Positions 52,929 through 64,000 of a stretch of 64,000 bases of DNA are shown in pieces. Below the pieces are notes generated by a model. That model saw only the letters and a list, made by a program, of their open reading frames with translations. It searched no databases and was not told the origin of the DNA. The DNA is from Eledone cirrhosa (taxonomy: Eukaryota), in the NCBI GenBank assembly GCA_964016885.1, contig OZ024741.1:146072001-146136000 (forward strand), read 5' to 3'. The position numbers and the translations under genes were made by a program. Position 1 is the first letter of the stretch. Each line of letters starts with the position of its first letter.

Positions 52929-54929
52929 GATGAGGTCTATCTGACCAGTCTAGTCTCAGACCATGGAAACCGATCCAACCCATGCTAGCATAGAAAGCAG
53001 ACATAAAATGATGATGATGATGCAAATGTGGACAAATTCAAGCACATATAGTGTTAATAGTGACATGAATTACACAGATTAGATTACTTAACTTCAATTA
53101 CATGTTTTTCTAAGGCTAAGTAAACTAAGTAGTATATTGTATGGATAATAAATGCCTTACAGAAGACAAGAGATAAATGAAAGTTATGTGTATGTATGTA
53201 TGATGGTATGTTTTTATACATTTACAAGAAAGTGAAAAAAAAAAAAGGGATAACTGTATAAGACTAAAATTAATGGTTCCAATATTCACAAACACAGATT
53301 ATTCACAAGAACTTTCCTGAATCATTTAATTGAAAAAACACTTTTATTTCTTTCACTTGAGGCTAGCCTGGGCTGGGTTTTAATTTAATGGAAAATGTAT
53401 AGTACAAATTTGATGTGACAAATTTGTGATAGTCTTTAAGTGGCTTTGGAGAGAATAACATTAACTAGAATTTAAAATCTGATAATGTTAATAGAGATTT
53501 CAACTTCACCAACAATGATATGTGCAAACTTTAGCAACCATTCTAGCATTACAATATTTAGTGAATGCAGCATGGCTTAAATGATTAAGAAGTTCACGTT
53601 GCAATCATAAAATTCTAGGCTTATCCCACTGCATGGTATTTTGGACAGTGTCAGTGATAAATGCCTTGTAAATGAAATTCGGTAGATGGAAACTGTTTAA
53701 AACCCAATCAGATGGACTGTACTTGTATTTCAATGGGCTAGTTTTGTCACATCTTGTGTCATGATGAATCTCCTTCAGAATTATGCTAAGAGTACACATA
53801 CCTGTAGAATACTCAGCCACTTACATATTAATTCTATGAGAAGGATTTCCCATTGATTAGACAATGGGAACACTCATAATCGAAAATCACAGTGGTCAAT
53901 TCTATTCCATTGTAATCAGAGTCAGAAGACTTTTTGAGACCCTAAGCACCTAATATTATAGTGTCCTTGACATATAAACTTTGCAAAAAAATAGTTTTTT
54001 TCAAATGACAAATCCATTTAATTTTGATAAAATAGTGCCCCACTTCATTTTATGCCCTAAGCAATACTTAAACAATAATTAACTCTTACATCCTGATATT
54101 TTAAAAGAAATGTGGTTCAATTAATTTTTTAAATAATGAAAAATGTGAAAGTGTTCAATAAAATGACTGACTTTGTCATTATGAAGCTAATGTTTTAAAC
54201 ATTCCTTAGCAAATGTTTCTTGCATACAATAATGATGAAAGATTTGAAATTAAACACAAATATTTTAAATGGATCCATAGGATCAGACACATTCATATTT
54301 AAAAAGTTAAACTCTTTCCAAGCCTGGAGGCTCATCAAGTCATAGCTTATCCCAGCTTCATTGACTTTAAGTGAATGAGAGTACAAGACTTCCTCCTGGA
54401 TAGACCATCATTCCATTGCAGCGTTAACTCTCAACTGTTGCTGAATGGACTGGAACAGTGTGAAATGAAATGTCATGCTCAAGTCTACTAAGTCTGGGAG
54501 TTGAAAGCCTGACCTCATAACTGTAAATCTAACGTCCTAACAACTAGGCTGCATAATTTCACCAAAATACTAAATATAGGAAAAATGTTGTGCTGTGCAC
54601 ATAATATTCAATCTTATAATTGATGCATCTTTGGTTGGTTTCGAAGATGACCATTCAGTTTTTTATTAACTGATCATTCCCCCATATCAAGCAGTTGAGT
54701 ATTCCCAGATAGGTGTACCCTTAATGTAATTTCAAAGCCACATTAACATAACACTATATGTGACAAGGCTGGACCTTTGAATTACAGGTATAATACATTT
54801 GACAGGCTTTTTAGGTTTTTGTCACCCCAAAGCTAAGCCCAATATGTTTATCATCATTATGACATCAACCTCCACCAACACTGCCACCACCACCACCTTG
54901 CGGAACTTTTGAAGCACAGGTAATATCCA

Positions 54930-55092
54930 TCCAAATGGCTTCAATAGAGCTTCCTTCTACCAAATTTCATTCACAATGCTTGGGTCACACTGAAGCTATG
55001 GTAAAAAACATTTGCTCATAATGCCACACCTTAGGATTAAACCTGAGATCTCATGATTTCAAAGCAAACTTTTTAACTACTCATCCATGCCT
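54930..55092 (-). mobile_element. Decayed tRNA-headed SINE, family C
   Basis: Minus strand AGGCATGGATGAGTAGTTAAAAAGTTTGCT..CAAGCATTGTGAATGAAATTTGGTAGAAGGAAGCT. Related pieces at 53568-53705, about 14500-14605 and 2675-2716. Confidence 0.5.
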
Positions 55093-56184
55093 GTGTTAGT
55101 CATACAGAAGTAATCTGTGTGTTGATATAGATGAGACATTTTCTAACTGATTGCTATATTTCCTCTCAAATTATAAAATGCTGCATGGCAGAATGTACAG
55201 TACAGTTTCATGTCAACTCACTTACATACATGTTTTGTGAAATCAACAGCAATAGTGTTCATGTTTTCATTTAAAAGATAAATAATATTTAAGGTAATAT
55301 CAATATCTATTTCTATAAAAGGTTTTATTTCATTGCCTTTTAAAAAACACCAACTCCACTAATAATAACAGCAACAACAAAAAACTGCAACACCACCACC
55401 TACAACAATAACAGAAGCAACGAAAACAACTCTAACAACATCAACAGTAGCAAAAACAACAATAGCAACAACAGCAGCTACAACACCAGCAACATCAACA
55501 ACAGCAGCAGTAAAAAACAACAACAACAACAACAACAAACAAACATTTATTTAAACACTGCTATTTCTAAGTTACCATTACTATGACTATCATCTCTCCA
55601 ACTCCATTACCATTATCAATTATTTTTAACATCATCATTATGACAACTGCCACCAGCACCATTATAACAACAACAATAAGAACATGACTATAAACAAAAT
55701 CACTCTACAGATGCTGCAATAAAAATAATCAAATAACATATAGAGACATGTTTTCAAAATTTGAATGATGTATCCATGAAAATATCGGAAATCTTTAATT
55801 ATGGCGACGGAGCAGAAATAAATCTGCAGCTTATGAAAGTTATTGTTGTTAGAAAAGACTCAAGTTGTTTTATACTGAAGAAAAGAATTAGGGGGTTATT
55901 TTTTAGTTTATTTCTTCATTAAATATCTTTGTGGGCTTTTTTTCTTTTGGGGTGGGAAGAGGGGTTAATTTTTGATTTATAGATGAAAATAATATTAAAA
56001 ACCAGCACTAGTGTGTTCTATCTGATTTTGAAGTCAAATGAAAATTAAGAGATTATTACAAAATATAATTTTAATTAGAAAGTTATGTTTGTTTAGAAAA
56101 GCTATGAAACACATACACAGACACATGTATGTATGTATGTCTATATATCTATATCTATTTACATCTCTCTATCTCTCTCTCTAA

Positions 56185-56239
<55 letters not shown>

Positions 56240-56244
<5 letters not shown>

Positions 56245-58582
56245 TCAGGTTATCAATAATGTAGTGATAATATATCGTTACGTTAGAGATGAACAGCGTA
56301 CGTGCAGGTTTGCTCAACGAGTATAAATTATATTCCGGAGAAATGTAGAAAGGATGAATATAAAATGAAAGTGCTTTTGTTAAAAAAGGAATTTATTAGG
56401 TATTGACATATGTTTCTGTAACAGACCGAATACCTATGTATCGCTGCTTGCGTAATCATATAATGTTAGCAAGTATTCGAAAGCAAATGTATAATCAGTT
56501 GTCACTTCTTCAGAGATTTTGGATAAAATCAGAAAAATTGAAGTATTTATATTAGTAAAAGAGGAAGGAACAGAGGGGATAGAATATGACAGATGGTAAA
56601 ATAATTTACTGCTAAACAAGTATATAATGGGTTTTTAATGAGAATACCATGAGTAAATCTAAATAAGAATTTTGGGTGTGCCAATTTTAATCTCTACTTG
56701 ACCAACTGGACAGTGGACAGGGCTGGTCATTTGGTGCAGTAGTATTAATTATAAAGTGTCAATTGGGGAAGGGGGAGATTTCGATTGCTACTAAATAACA
56801 TCAAAGCTAGTAGCCAGCTGGTATATGCACTAGGGAATTGAATCAAGAAATCAGAAATCTCATTTTATCTATAGCAGTTTGTATTAAAAGGTAAATAATA
56901 GAAGAGTTGATAGAATTAAGACTAATAAAGAATGTTCATATCTATTTTGACAATCAAACGGGGATAGAGACAGGCGTTCAATCCTGGTAGTATTTATAAT
57001 ATGCCGAGTATTATGATGATGCACTTAGGAAAGCCGGTCACCTAGATAATATAGAGTATATAGTCAATGAACACCAAAACACCCAAAATAAATCACATAG
57101 GAGTAGAAATAGCACAGAATCACCACCATACATACACTACCGCAATAGACACAATAATAGTCGCACACCACCAAACAGAAGGCGATGTAAGGAGTATATC
57201 TGGTACAACCCGGTCTATAACAAATCTATTAAAACCAATCTACCCTCAAAATTCTTTCGATTAGTTAGAAAACACTTTCCAACATCACATAAATATAATA
57301 AAATCTTAAACCCTAACACCATTCGACTTTCATATTCAACCGCCCCTAATATTGAACAACATATAAAAAAGCTTAACGCAAAACGGTTGTATAAACGCCT
57401 TCCAACACATAACAATACACGTAAAACATTAGCTATAACATCACAAAACAACAAACAACATCCTGTCCTACATAAGCAACCTCATCAACCCATCCATGGC
57501 AATACAACAACGCAAAATTGTAATTGTAACTGTATCCAACCAGGAATGTGTCCGTTGAACAATCAGTGTCTTGAACGCAACATCGTATACAAATGTACTA
57601 TCGAATCGGATAGACAGAAGTGGTACTATGTGGGATCTACAGCCACCTCCTTCAAATCACGCCTTTATAGACATCGTTATTCGATAAAACATGAAAACCA
57701 GCGTTATGTAACAACACTCGCAGACAAGGCTTGGCAGCTGCGTGAAAATAACCAACAATTTCACCTAAAATGGGATATAATAGCGCTGCCCCCCCATAAT
57801 CCAATGGACAGGAATTTTGTAAATTATGTAATGTAGAATTATTTTGTATTATGAAATCCAAAAACATTTTATTAAATAACAGAATAGAGCGATCGTTATA
57901 CTGTAACCATCGCCTAAAATCTACATTTTCATATTATAAATACTACCAGGATTGAACGCCTGTCTCTATCCCCGTTTGATTGTCAAAATAGATATGAACA
58001 TTCTTTATTAGTCTTAATTCTATCAACTCTTCTATTATTTACCTTTTAATACAAACTGCTATAGATAAAATGAGATTTCTGATTTCTTGATTCAATTCCC
58101 TAGTGCATATACCAGCTGGCTACTAGCTTTGATGTTATTTAGTAGCAATCGAAATCTCCCCCTTCCCCAATTGACACTTTATAATTAATACTACTGCACC
58201 AAATGACCAGCCCTGTCCACTGTCCAGTTGGTCAAGTAGAGATTAAAATTGGCACACCCAAAATTCTTATTTAGATTTACTCATGGTATTCTCATTAAAA
58301 ACCCATTATATACTTGTTTAGCAGTAAATTATTTTACCATCTGTCATATTCTATCCCCTCTGTTCCTTCCTCTTTTACTAATATAAATACTTCAATTTTT
58401 CTGATTTTATCCAAAATCTCTGAAGAAGTGACAACTGATTATACATTTGCTTTCGAATACTTGCTAACATTATATGATTACGCAAGCAGCGATACATAGG
58501 TATTCGGTCTGTTACAGAAACATATGTCAATACCTAATAAATTCCTTTTTTAACAAAAGCACTTTCATTTTATATTCATCCT

Positions 58583-58587
<5 letters not shown>
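56240..58587 (+). mobile_element. Young 5'-truncated Penelope-like element with a 658-bp inverted pseudo-LTR
   Basis: 56346-57003 is the reverse complement of 57930-58587. The frame from 57003 is open: EYYDDALRKAG, YIWYNPVY, KHFP, NTIRLSYS, CNC....CPLNNQCL, IVYKC, YYVGST..FKSRLY.H. After a frameshift near 57785 it continues CKLC..E, LLN.R.E, CNH to a stop at 57955. Both flanks are (AT)n. Confidence 0.93.
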
Positions 58588-58661
<74 letters not shown>

Positions 58662-58814
58662 CCTGTCCAGTTTCATCCAATACGGAGAGTACTACTGATT
58701 TGTTGTCTCAGCTTTGCACACATTATATATACTAGCATATGTAGTGTGCCTATTGGTATTATATGCAAATATATATGCATATAGATATATGTAAATTGAA
58801 ATTAAATTGACAAT

Positions 58815-59450
58815 ATCTTCTTCTTTGCCCACTTATTTCTTAGAGGGTTGTGGGGGCAGAGTTCTTCTCAAACACTTCTTCCAGTGGGTCTGTCAGAAGC
58901 AAACATCTCTAACTGATCCAGCTGGATCCCAAAGCATGACCAGCCAAGCTCATGGAGGTTATCCAACTATCTTGCTCAGGGTCTACCTCTGGGTCTCTTG
59001 CTGGTTGGTTTTTGCCAGTAAAATCTGTCCAGCAATTCTTTCCAGAGACATTCTAAAAACATGCCCATAGTATTGGAGCTATGATCTCTCTATTCGTAGC
59101 AGCTCTAACAGGAGTGATTCTCTGATCTCTGAGCTATGCAGTTTATCAAGTAACATTAATCCTTCGGAGGAACCCCATTTCTGCTGCTTGTATTTTCAAT
59201 TGTATTCTTTCGGTCATTACCCAAGATTCATGACCCTCAGTAAGGGTTGGCACGAATACCAGGAAGACAGCGAGTTTGGCTGTTACACCTACCTCCCTTC
59301 TTCTTATTACTGAATGCTGAGGCTGGCGCATTACTGCATCAGCTTTTGCAAATCTTACACTTAATTCAGACTCCTGCCTTCCATCACTCATGAACACGAC
59401 ACCAAGATACTTGAACTTCTCTATCTGTTTCAGTAGAACCCCATTCACAT
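58815..59450 (-). mobile_element. RTE-type LINE 3' fragment, family 3
   Basis: LKQIEKFKYLGVVF.SDGRQ, PTLT.GHESWVMTERI..IQAAEMGFLRRI. The 3' end AAGAAATAAGTGGGCAAAGAAGAAGA resembles that at 35700. Confidence 0.82.
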
Positions 59451-59854
59451 GTATATAAATTTGAGGGACTTCTGTTCATCCATCCATCACACAATGTATC
59501 TGTGTGTTTGTGTGAATATATGTGTGTGTAAAAGGAAGGAAGGGACTACACACATATATGTCTCTAACCTAAAAAAGATGACACACACACACGTCTCTAA
59601 TTTAAGAACACAGCCACTCACGACTGACCTATGTCCTCAGAGCCACAAACTTTGATACTGATCTCTCATAGTGCCAGATTATCTAAAAAGAAGACAGTTC
59701 TAAAGGCCATCAGTTTCATGTTTCTGGCCAATCTGATTCTTATATATACAAGGATTTCAACTCCCAAAACAGAAAACCACAGAACTGTAACACTGACTTC
59801 AAACTGGTAGAAACAATAGTTTATAACTTTGCATATTAATCCGTATGATGAGCA

Positions 59855-60050
59855 AATAGCCCCAATGCACAGGATGGAGAAGGCATTTCCTTGGAGGATG
59901 GTAAGGGAGATGCGCTGGAAGAGCCATTCCAACTTGCGAGGCTCACACCTGCAGCTGGCCAGCTCAGCGCCTATGGTCAAGGACACCAGAAGTCTTCACT
60001 GCCAAGGGCACGACTGCGAACCTGAGTCTGTTTTTTTACTCTACAACAGA
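59855..60050 (-). mobile_element. CRE-like non-LTR C-terminal fragment
   Basis: RFAVVPLAVKTSGVL / IGAELASCRCEPRKLEWLFQRISLTILQGNAFSIL. Homologous to 32325-32560. Confidence 0.72.
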
Positions 60051-61314
60051 CAGCTTATTTGATAACCCTCACAATGTAACCACTAACAAACACATACACT
60101 TGCTAGCCAGCCCTGCAGGTATTGACACTAGTTGAACTTGCTACCAACAAAGGTTAGTGAAATTATTACTTTGGTATTCTACATTCGCACACTGCATCTA
60201 TATGCGCATCTTTTTCCATCGTTCATTGCTGCACTTGATTTTGAAATAAATCATGTTATAAATAAAAACATTAAAATTAGTAGTGTTTTGTTCATTTGTT
60301 AATTCTTATCCATGAGATTTGGGAAAATCATTTTCCCCATGTTAATATCACTTCACACCACAACAAGCAAGTATAACTACTTGTTTCCTCAAGAATGGCA
60401 AAACTTCTATCAACTCACTGAGACACACTTCACAAACTTACTAGACATTACTCGACCAATAAGTTACTCATCAACTATGCACATCATCACTAATACACAA
60501 ATGAACAAATCCATAACCAAACCAATATTTATTAATAACTTGCTATACTTAAGATTTATAACCCTAAAATTCTTGGGTACATTAACCGTTTGGATACCAT
60601 CCCACCCAAAACAGCCTGTGGTTCTATGAAACAAAATTACCCATTTTAAAGGGTTCTTATATAAATGAAAACCTTCCAACATAATTCTTACAAGAAACAG
60701 TGCAAATACCATTCAAATAATGAAATCTTAATTTTAGTAAATCCCACCAAATACTATAATTAATTCAAATACAATGTATTACTTACAAAATATAGTAATA
60801 AAGATGTTAACAAATTTGTGGATGATTCTTCTAAAATGAAGTTTATTTAAATAATTATCAAATAAATAAAGTAAATAAATGAAATCATTTCATTTTATCC
60901 ATGATTAGAAGCAATTTTTGTATAGTCAATTGATTTTTTGCTTGAATACATTACTACTTTCCATGATTATATTTGGTAATTTTGCTACAATGTTAATATT
61001 TTACTGGAGTTGTAGGAAGAAAGACAAATTAAATAGCTTCAGACACAAATAGGAATCATCAGGAAAAGTCTGATCTATATAATCATTAAGAAAATACATC
61101 CAAAATAGAGACAAAAATAGTTATCATTTTTGGCAGCATAGATATACTAGTAATTTAATAGTTGTCAAAATTGTACTCAATTTGATAGAGTTTATTCTGG
61201 CATGTGTCAATCTTCTGAATATGAAATAAACATTTTTCTCAATGTTATGAATTAGGTTAGATGCTTGGACTTTATAAACTATAAAGTCCAATATGTATTT
61301 ATGATTCCTGTGTA

Positions 61315-61693
61315 GAAAGTGTAAGAATATGGAATGCAGAAGATGTGTGAAGGCTAGAAAGGAATGAGGCTAGTATGTTTGACTGGATGAGTAATATTAG
61401 TAAATATAAATAACTAAGTACAGATAATTTGAAGGAAAATATAGGCATAAAAGGAATTATATGGAGGGCATTTGATGTGTATGGAAGATGCTTGATGGAT
61501 GAAGAAGTGTCTTGAGCAACACATAGGAAGTAGCTAAAAAAGAGGAAGACAACATAAAAACCTGGCTGGAAGTAGGGAGAGCTGATCTCAACAGCCTGTA
61601 CCACATACAGAGTGATAACAGAACACAATTTAAGAGAAAGCTATGGTGGAGAAGACTCATTCAATCCACATAAGCATGGAAATAATGATGATG
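61315..61693 (+). mobile_element. Decayed RTE-type 3' fragment
   Basis: NAEDV*RLERNEASM, LKENIGIKG and KTW remnants. Terminus AAGCATGGAAATAATGATGATG. Confidence 0.65.
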
Positions 61694-61719
61694 AGTTGAG
61701 AATTGCTCTCTAGGATAAT

Positions 61720-62120
61720 TTAACTCTTTCATAACCATATTTCTAATTAAATGCACTGTATTTGAATTAATTAATGAATAAGTTTGAAAGATTTACTAAA
61801 ATGATTAATTATTTTATTATTAAAGTGGTATTTGTAATCGTCCTCCAGGGCAATGTATTCTCCATCCTGTCAACCAGGTCCAAGAGGCAGAGGGTAAGAT
61901 AGTTGGAGGTGGAGGATACTTGTTCAGATGTTTACACATATACATACATTCTCAACCACTTACTAATTGTACACTACTAGTTAAAGCTCCTATTGTTACA
62001 ATTAAAAGAGATTTCACTTAAAAGGTTGGAAGATTTTAAATCAAATAGAAACTCTTTAAAATCAATAGTTTTGTTTCATAGAAAGAGGTGGTTTGGGACA
62101 GGTTGGTGTTAAAGGGTTAA
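61720..62120. mobile_element. TTAA MITE family copy interrupted by an insert of about 180 bp
   Basis: TTAA-CTCTTTCATAACCA ... TGGTGTTAAAGGG-TTAA. Unrelated sequence occupies about 61838-62015. Confidence 0.55.
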
Positions 62121-63099
62121 AACAGGAAAAACAGTCAAACTTTATTTACATTTTTTTGGTACACAATAAAGAAAGTAATTATTTAAAATTAAATAATGAC
62201 CAGCAAAATAAAAGAAAGAGAAAGGAAAAAAGAGAGAGAAAACAATTAAATAAAGAAAAACACCAATCAACGAACATAATGAAACAAAGTTTGTCTTCCG
62301 TTTCTTATCTTTTTTGTGTTATTAGTTTGGGTTTTATTTGTTTCATTTTTTTTTTCTCACTAGAAGAAAATCATGACTAATTTTCTTTTACTTGGTGGTG
62401 GTTACTGTGGTGGTGATAGTGGCAGCAGCTACAGTGGTGGGGGTTTTAGTAGTAGTTACTGCAGTAGTGATTGTTGTTGTTAGTGGGGGTGGAAGTGGCT
62501 ACTGTAGTTGTGGTTTCAGTAGTAGTGGCTGCAGTGGTGGTAGTGGTGGTCGTGGTGGTGGTGGATAGTACAGATCTAATTATCAGTCGTCCAATTTTTC
62601 CAACAATTCTACTGAGAGTAAGGACAATCTTTGTTCAATTTTTAGCAAAAGAGAGAAAAGTTACTTCTCTGAATTTTAATTTTTCCTCTCCATCTCACAA
62701 AATTTGTAGATATAGGACATTAGTAACAAATGTTTCTTATATTTGACAGGATGGCTAACTCACAAAGCATGGTAAATTCCATACTAACCCTTTTGCTAGC
62801 ATATTTCTCTTCTTATCTCTCTAATATTCTAAAATGCTATGTATAATCTAACTTTAATTAACTCTTTAATTAACTGCATTTCTAATGAATCACACTGCCC
62901 ATGATTTTCAAATAATTTTGAAAATCATCATATAACTAATTTTTCCATTATTTAGCTCAATAACAGTTCTTAAATGGAATTACGATTGACAGTTTTTTAA
63001 AAACTACAAATATTTAAAAACGAAAAAAGGAAGGAAAAAGCAAAGGCTCTAGGGCTACAGAAGAATGGGAGGGGGAAGAGTGATGGACTCTGGGCCTAG

Positions 63100-63235
63100 G
63101 GCAGCCAGACAATCCCCGGTATTTGTTTGTCTCCCTTTCGTCTGCATTGTAAGTCACAGTACTGGGGTTTGTGGCCGAAGCAACTAAGTTGGAAGTGGAG
63201 AACACATCACAACATGCAGCGTCCCGGCCAGTTTC
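63100..63235 (-). mobile_element. Probable CRE-like endonuclease-domain fragment
   Basis: GRDAACCDVFSTSNLVASATNPSTVTYNADERETNKYRGLS resembles WDATC.DT...S.L..SA..PG.A...AE.RK..KY..L, and overlaps the N-terminal part of the 32325-32560 peptide. Confidence 0.5.
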
Positions 63236-64000
63236 ATATTGTTTGGTATTAAAAGGGCTAAACAATAACTTATAGCAATAACAAGTACTACAACCAGCAC
63301 ACACTCTACCACCAACAACCAACACCAATCACCAATTCATCATTATTATTGTTGTTAAATCCCTTGTTAAAAACTTCTCTGTATACACAACAATATCTGG
63401 TGAATTGGTGGTTTTGTATACATCTGTAAGGAATCATAGAATCTTATATTGTTAGAATTAAGAAAATCACCGCCCATCCATAATTTCCTTAGAAAGAAGA
63501 AAACTCATAAATACAAAATGATTGAAGAAAATATCAATTCCATTTCGTTTGGAGGATGAGATGAAGCAATTTCCTGCTTTTATAAGGTGTTTACATCGGT
63601 AGTTTGTGGATGCAGCTTTGAAAAATCCCTTAGGCTAAATCAACAGTAGCACATCAACGTTGTTTTAAAGCCAATTTATATACAATATTTGAAAGCAACG
63701 AACGAAGGAAGCTAACCATGTAATTGGTAATCTTAGAGTTGTAAGTACGTGACAGTAAAAATAACATTCTAGAATGACAGGAGAATAAGGTGATGTCTAT
63801 AGATATAAATGATCGAAAGATTCGAGAGTAAGGTGATATTATGAACACAATAATCATATTGATGTAAATGATTGTAAGATGGGATGGAAGGGGTATGATT
63901 TATGGAGAGGAAACTGAAAGACAAGCTTTATAGAGAGAAGACTTTCCTGTACCAAATATAGAGAGATGACAGTGGAGTACTGGAAATGCATAGAGAGAGG

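Noticed and set aside
55350-55690. CAA/CAG-rich stretch as a polyQ/N or mucin-like exon (similarly 62390-62570)
   Set aside because: Degenerate trinucleotide repeats with no convincing splice sites or non-repetitive coding flank.

Overview
This is AT-rich, microsatellite-dense eukaryotic non-coding DNA. The repeat repertoire suggests an animal, probably an octopod cephalopod (inference). No host protein-coding gene, rRNA, true tRNA or CRISPR array is supported. The window is a mosaic of transposon relics: at least three RTE-type LINE families (one with a C4HC3 PHD-type finger inside the RT), a Tx1/L1-type APE-RT fragment, three CRE-like C-terminal fragments, several Penelope-like elements (PLEs, GIY-YIG), tRNA-derived SINEs, TTAA-bounded MITEs, a mariner end, and a 16-bp minisatellite. 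The most notable signal is a set of non-canonical hammerhead ribozyme (HHR) motifs in PLE pseudo-LTRs and PLE-like inverted repeats. These include a U3-A8 core variant in three copies downstream of an E2F/CCAAT motif cluster, two motifs that have stem I, GAAA, stem III and GUC but no CUGANGA, and outward-facing HHR pairs in foldbacks. All alignments were made by eye, and most element boundaries are approximate.
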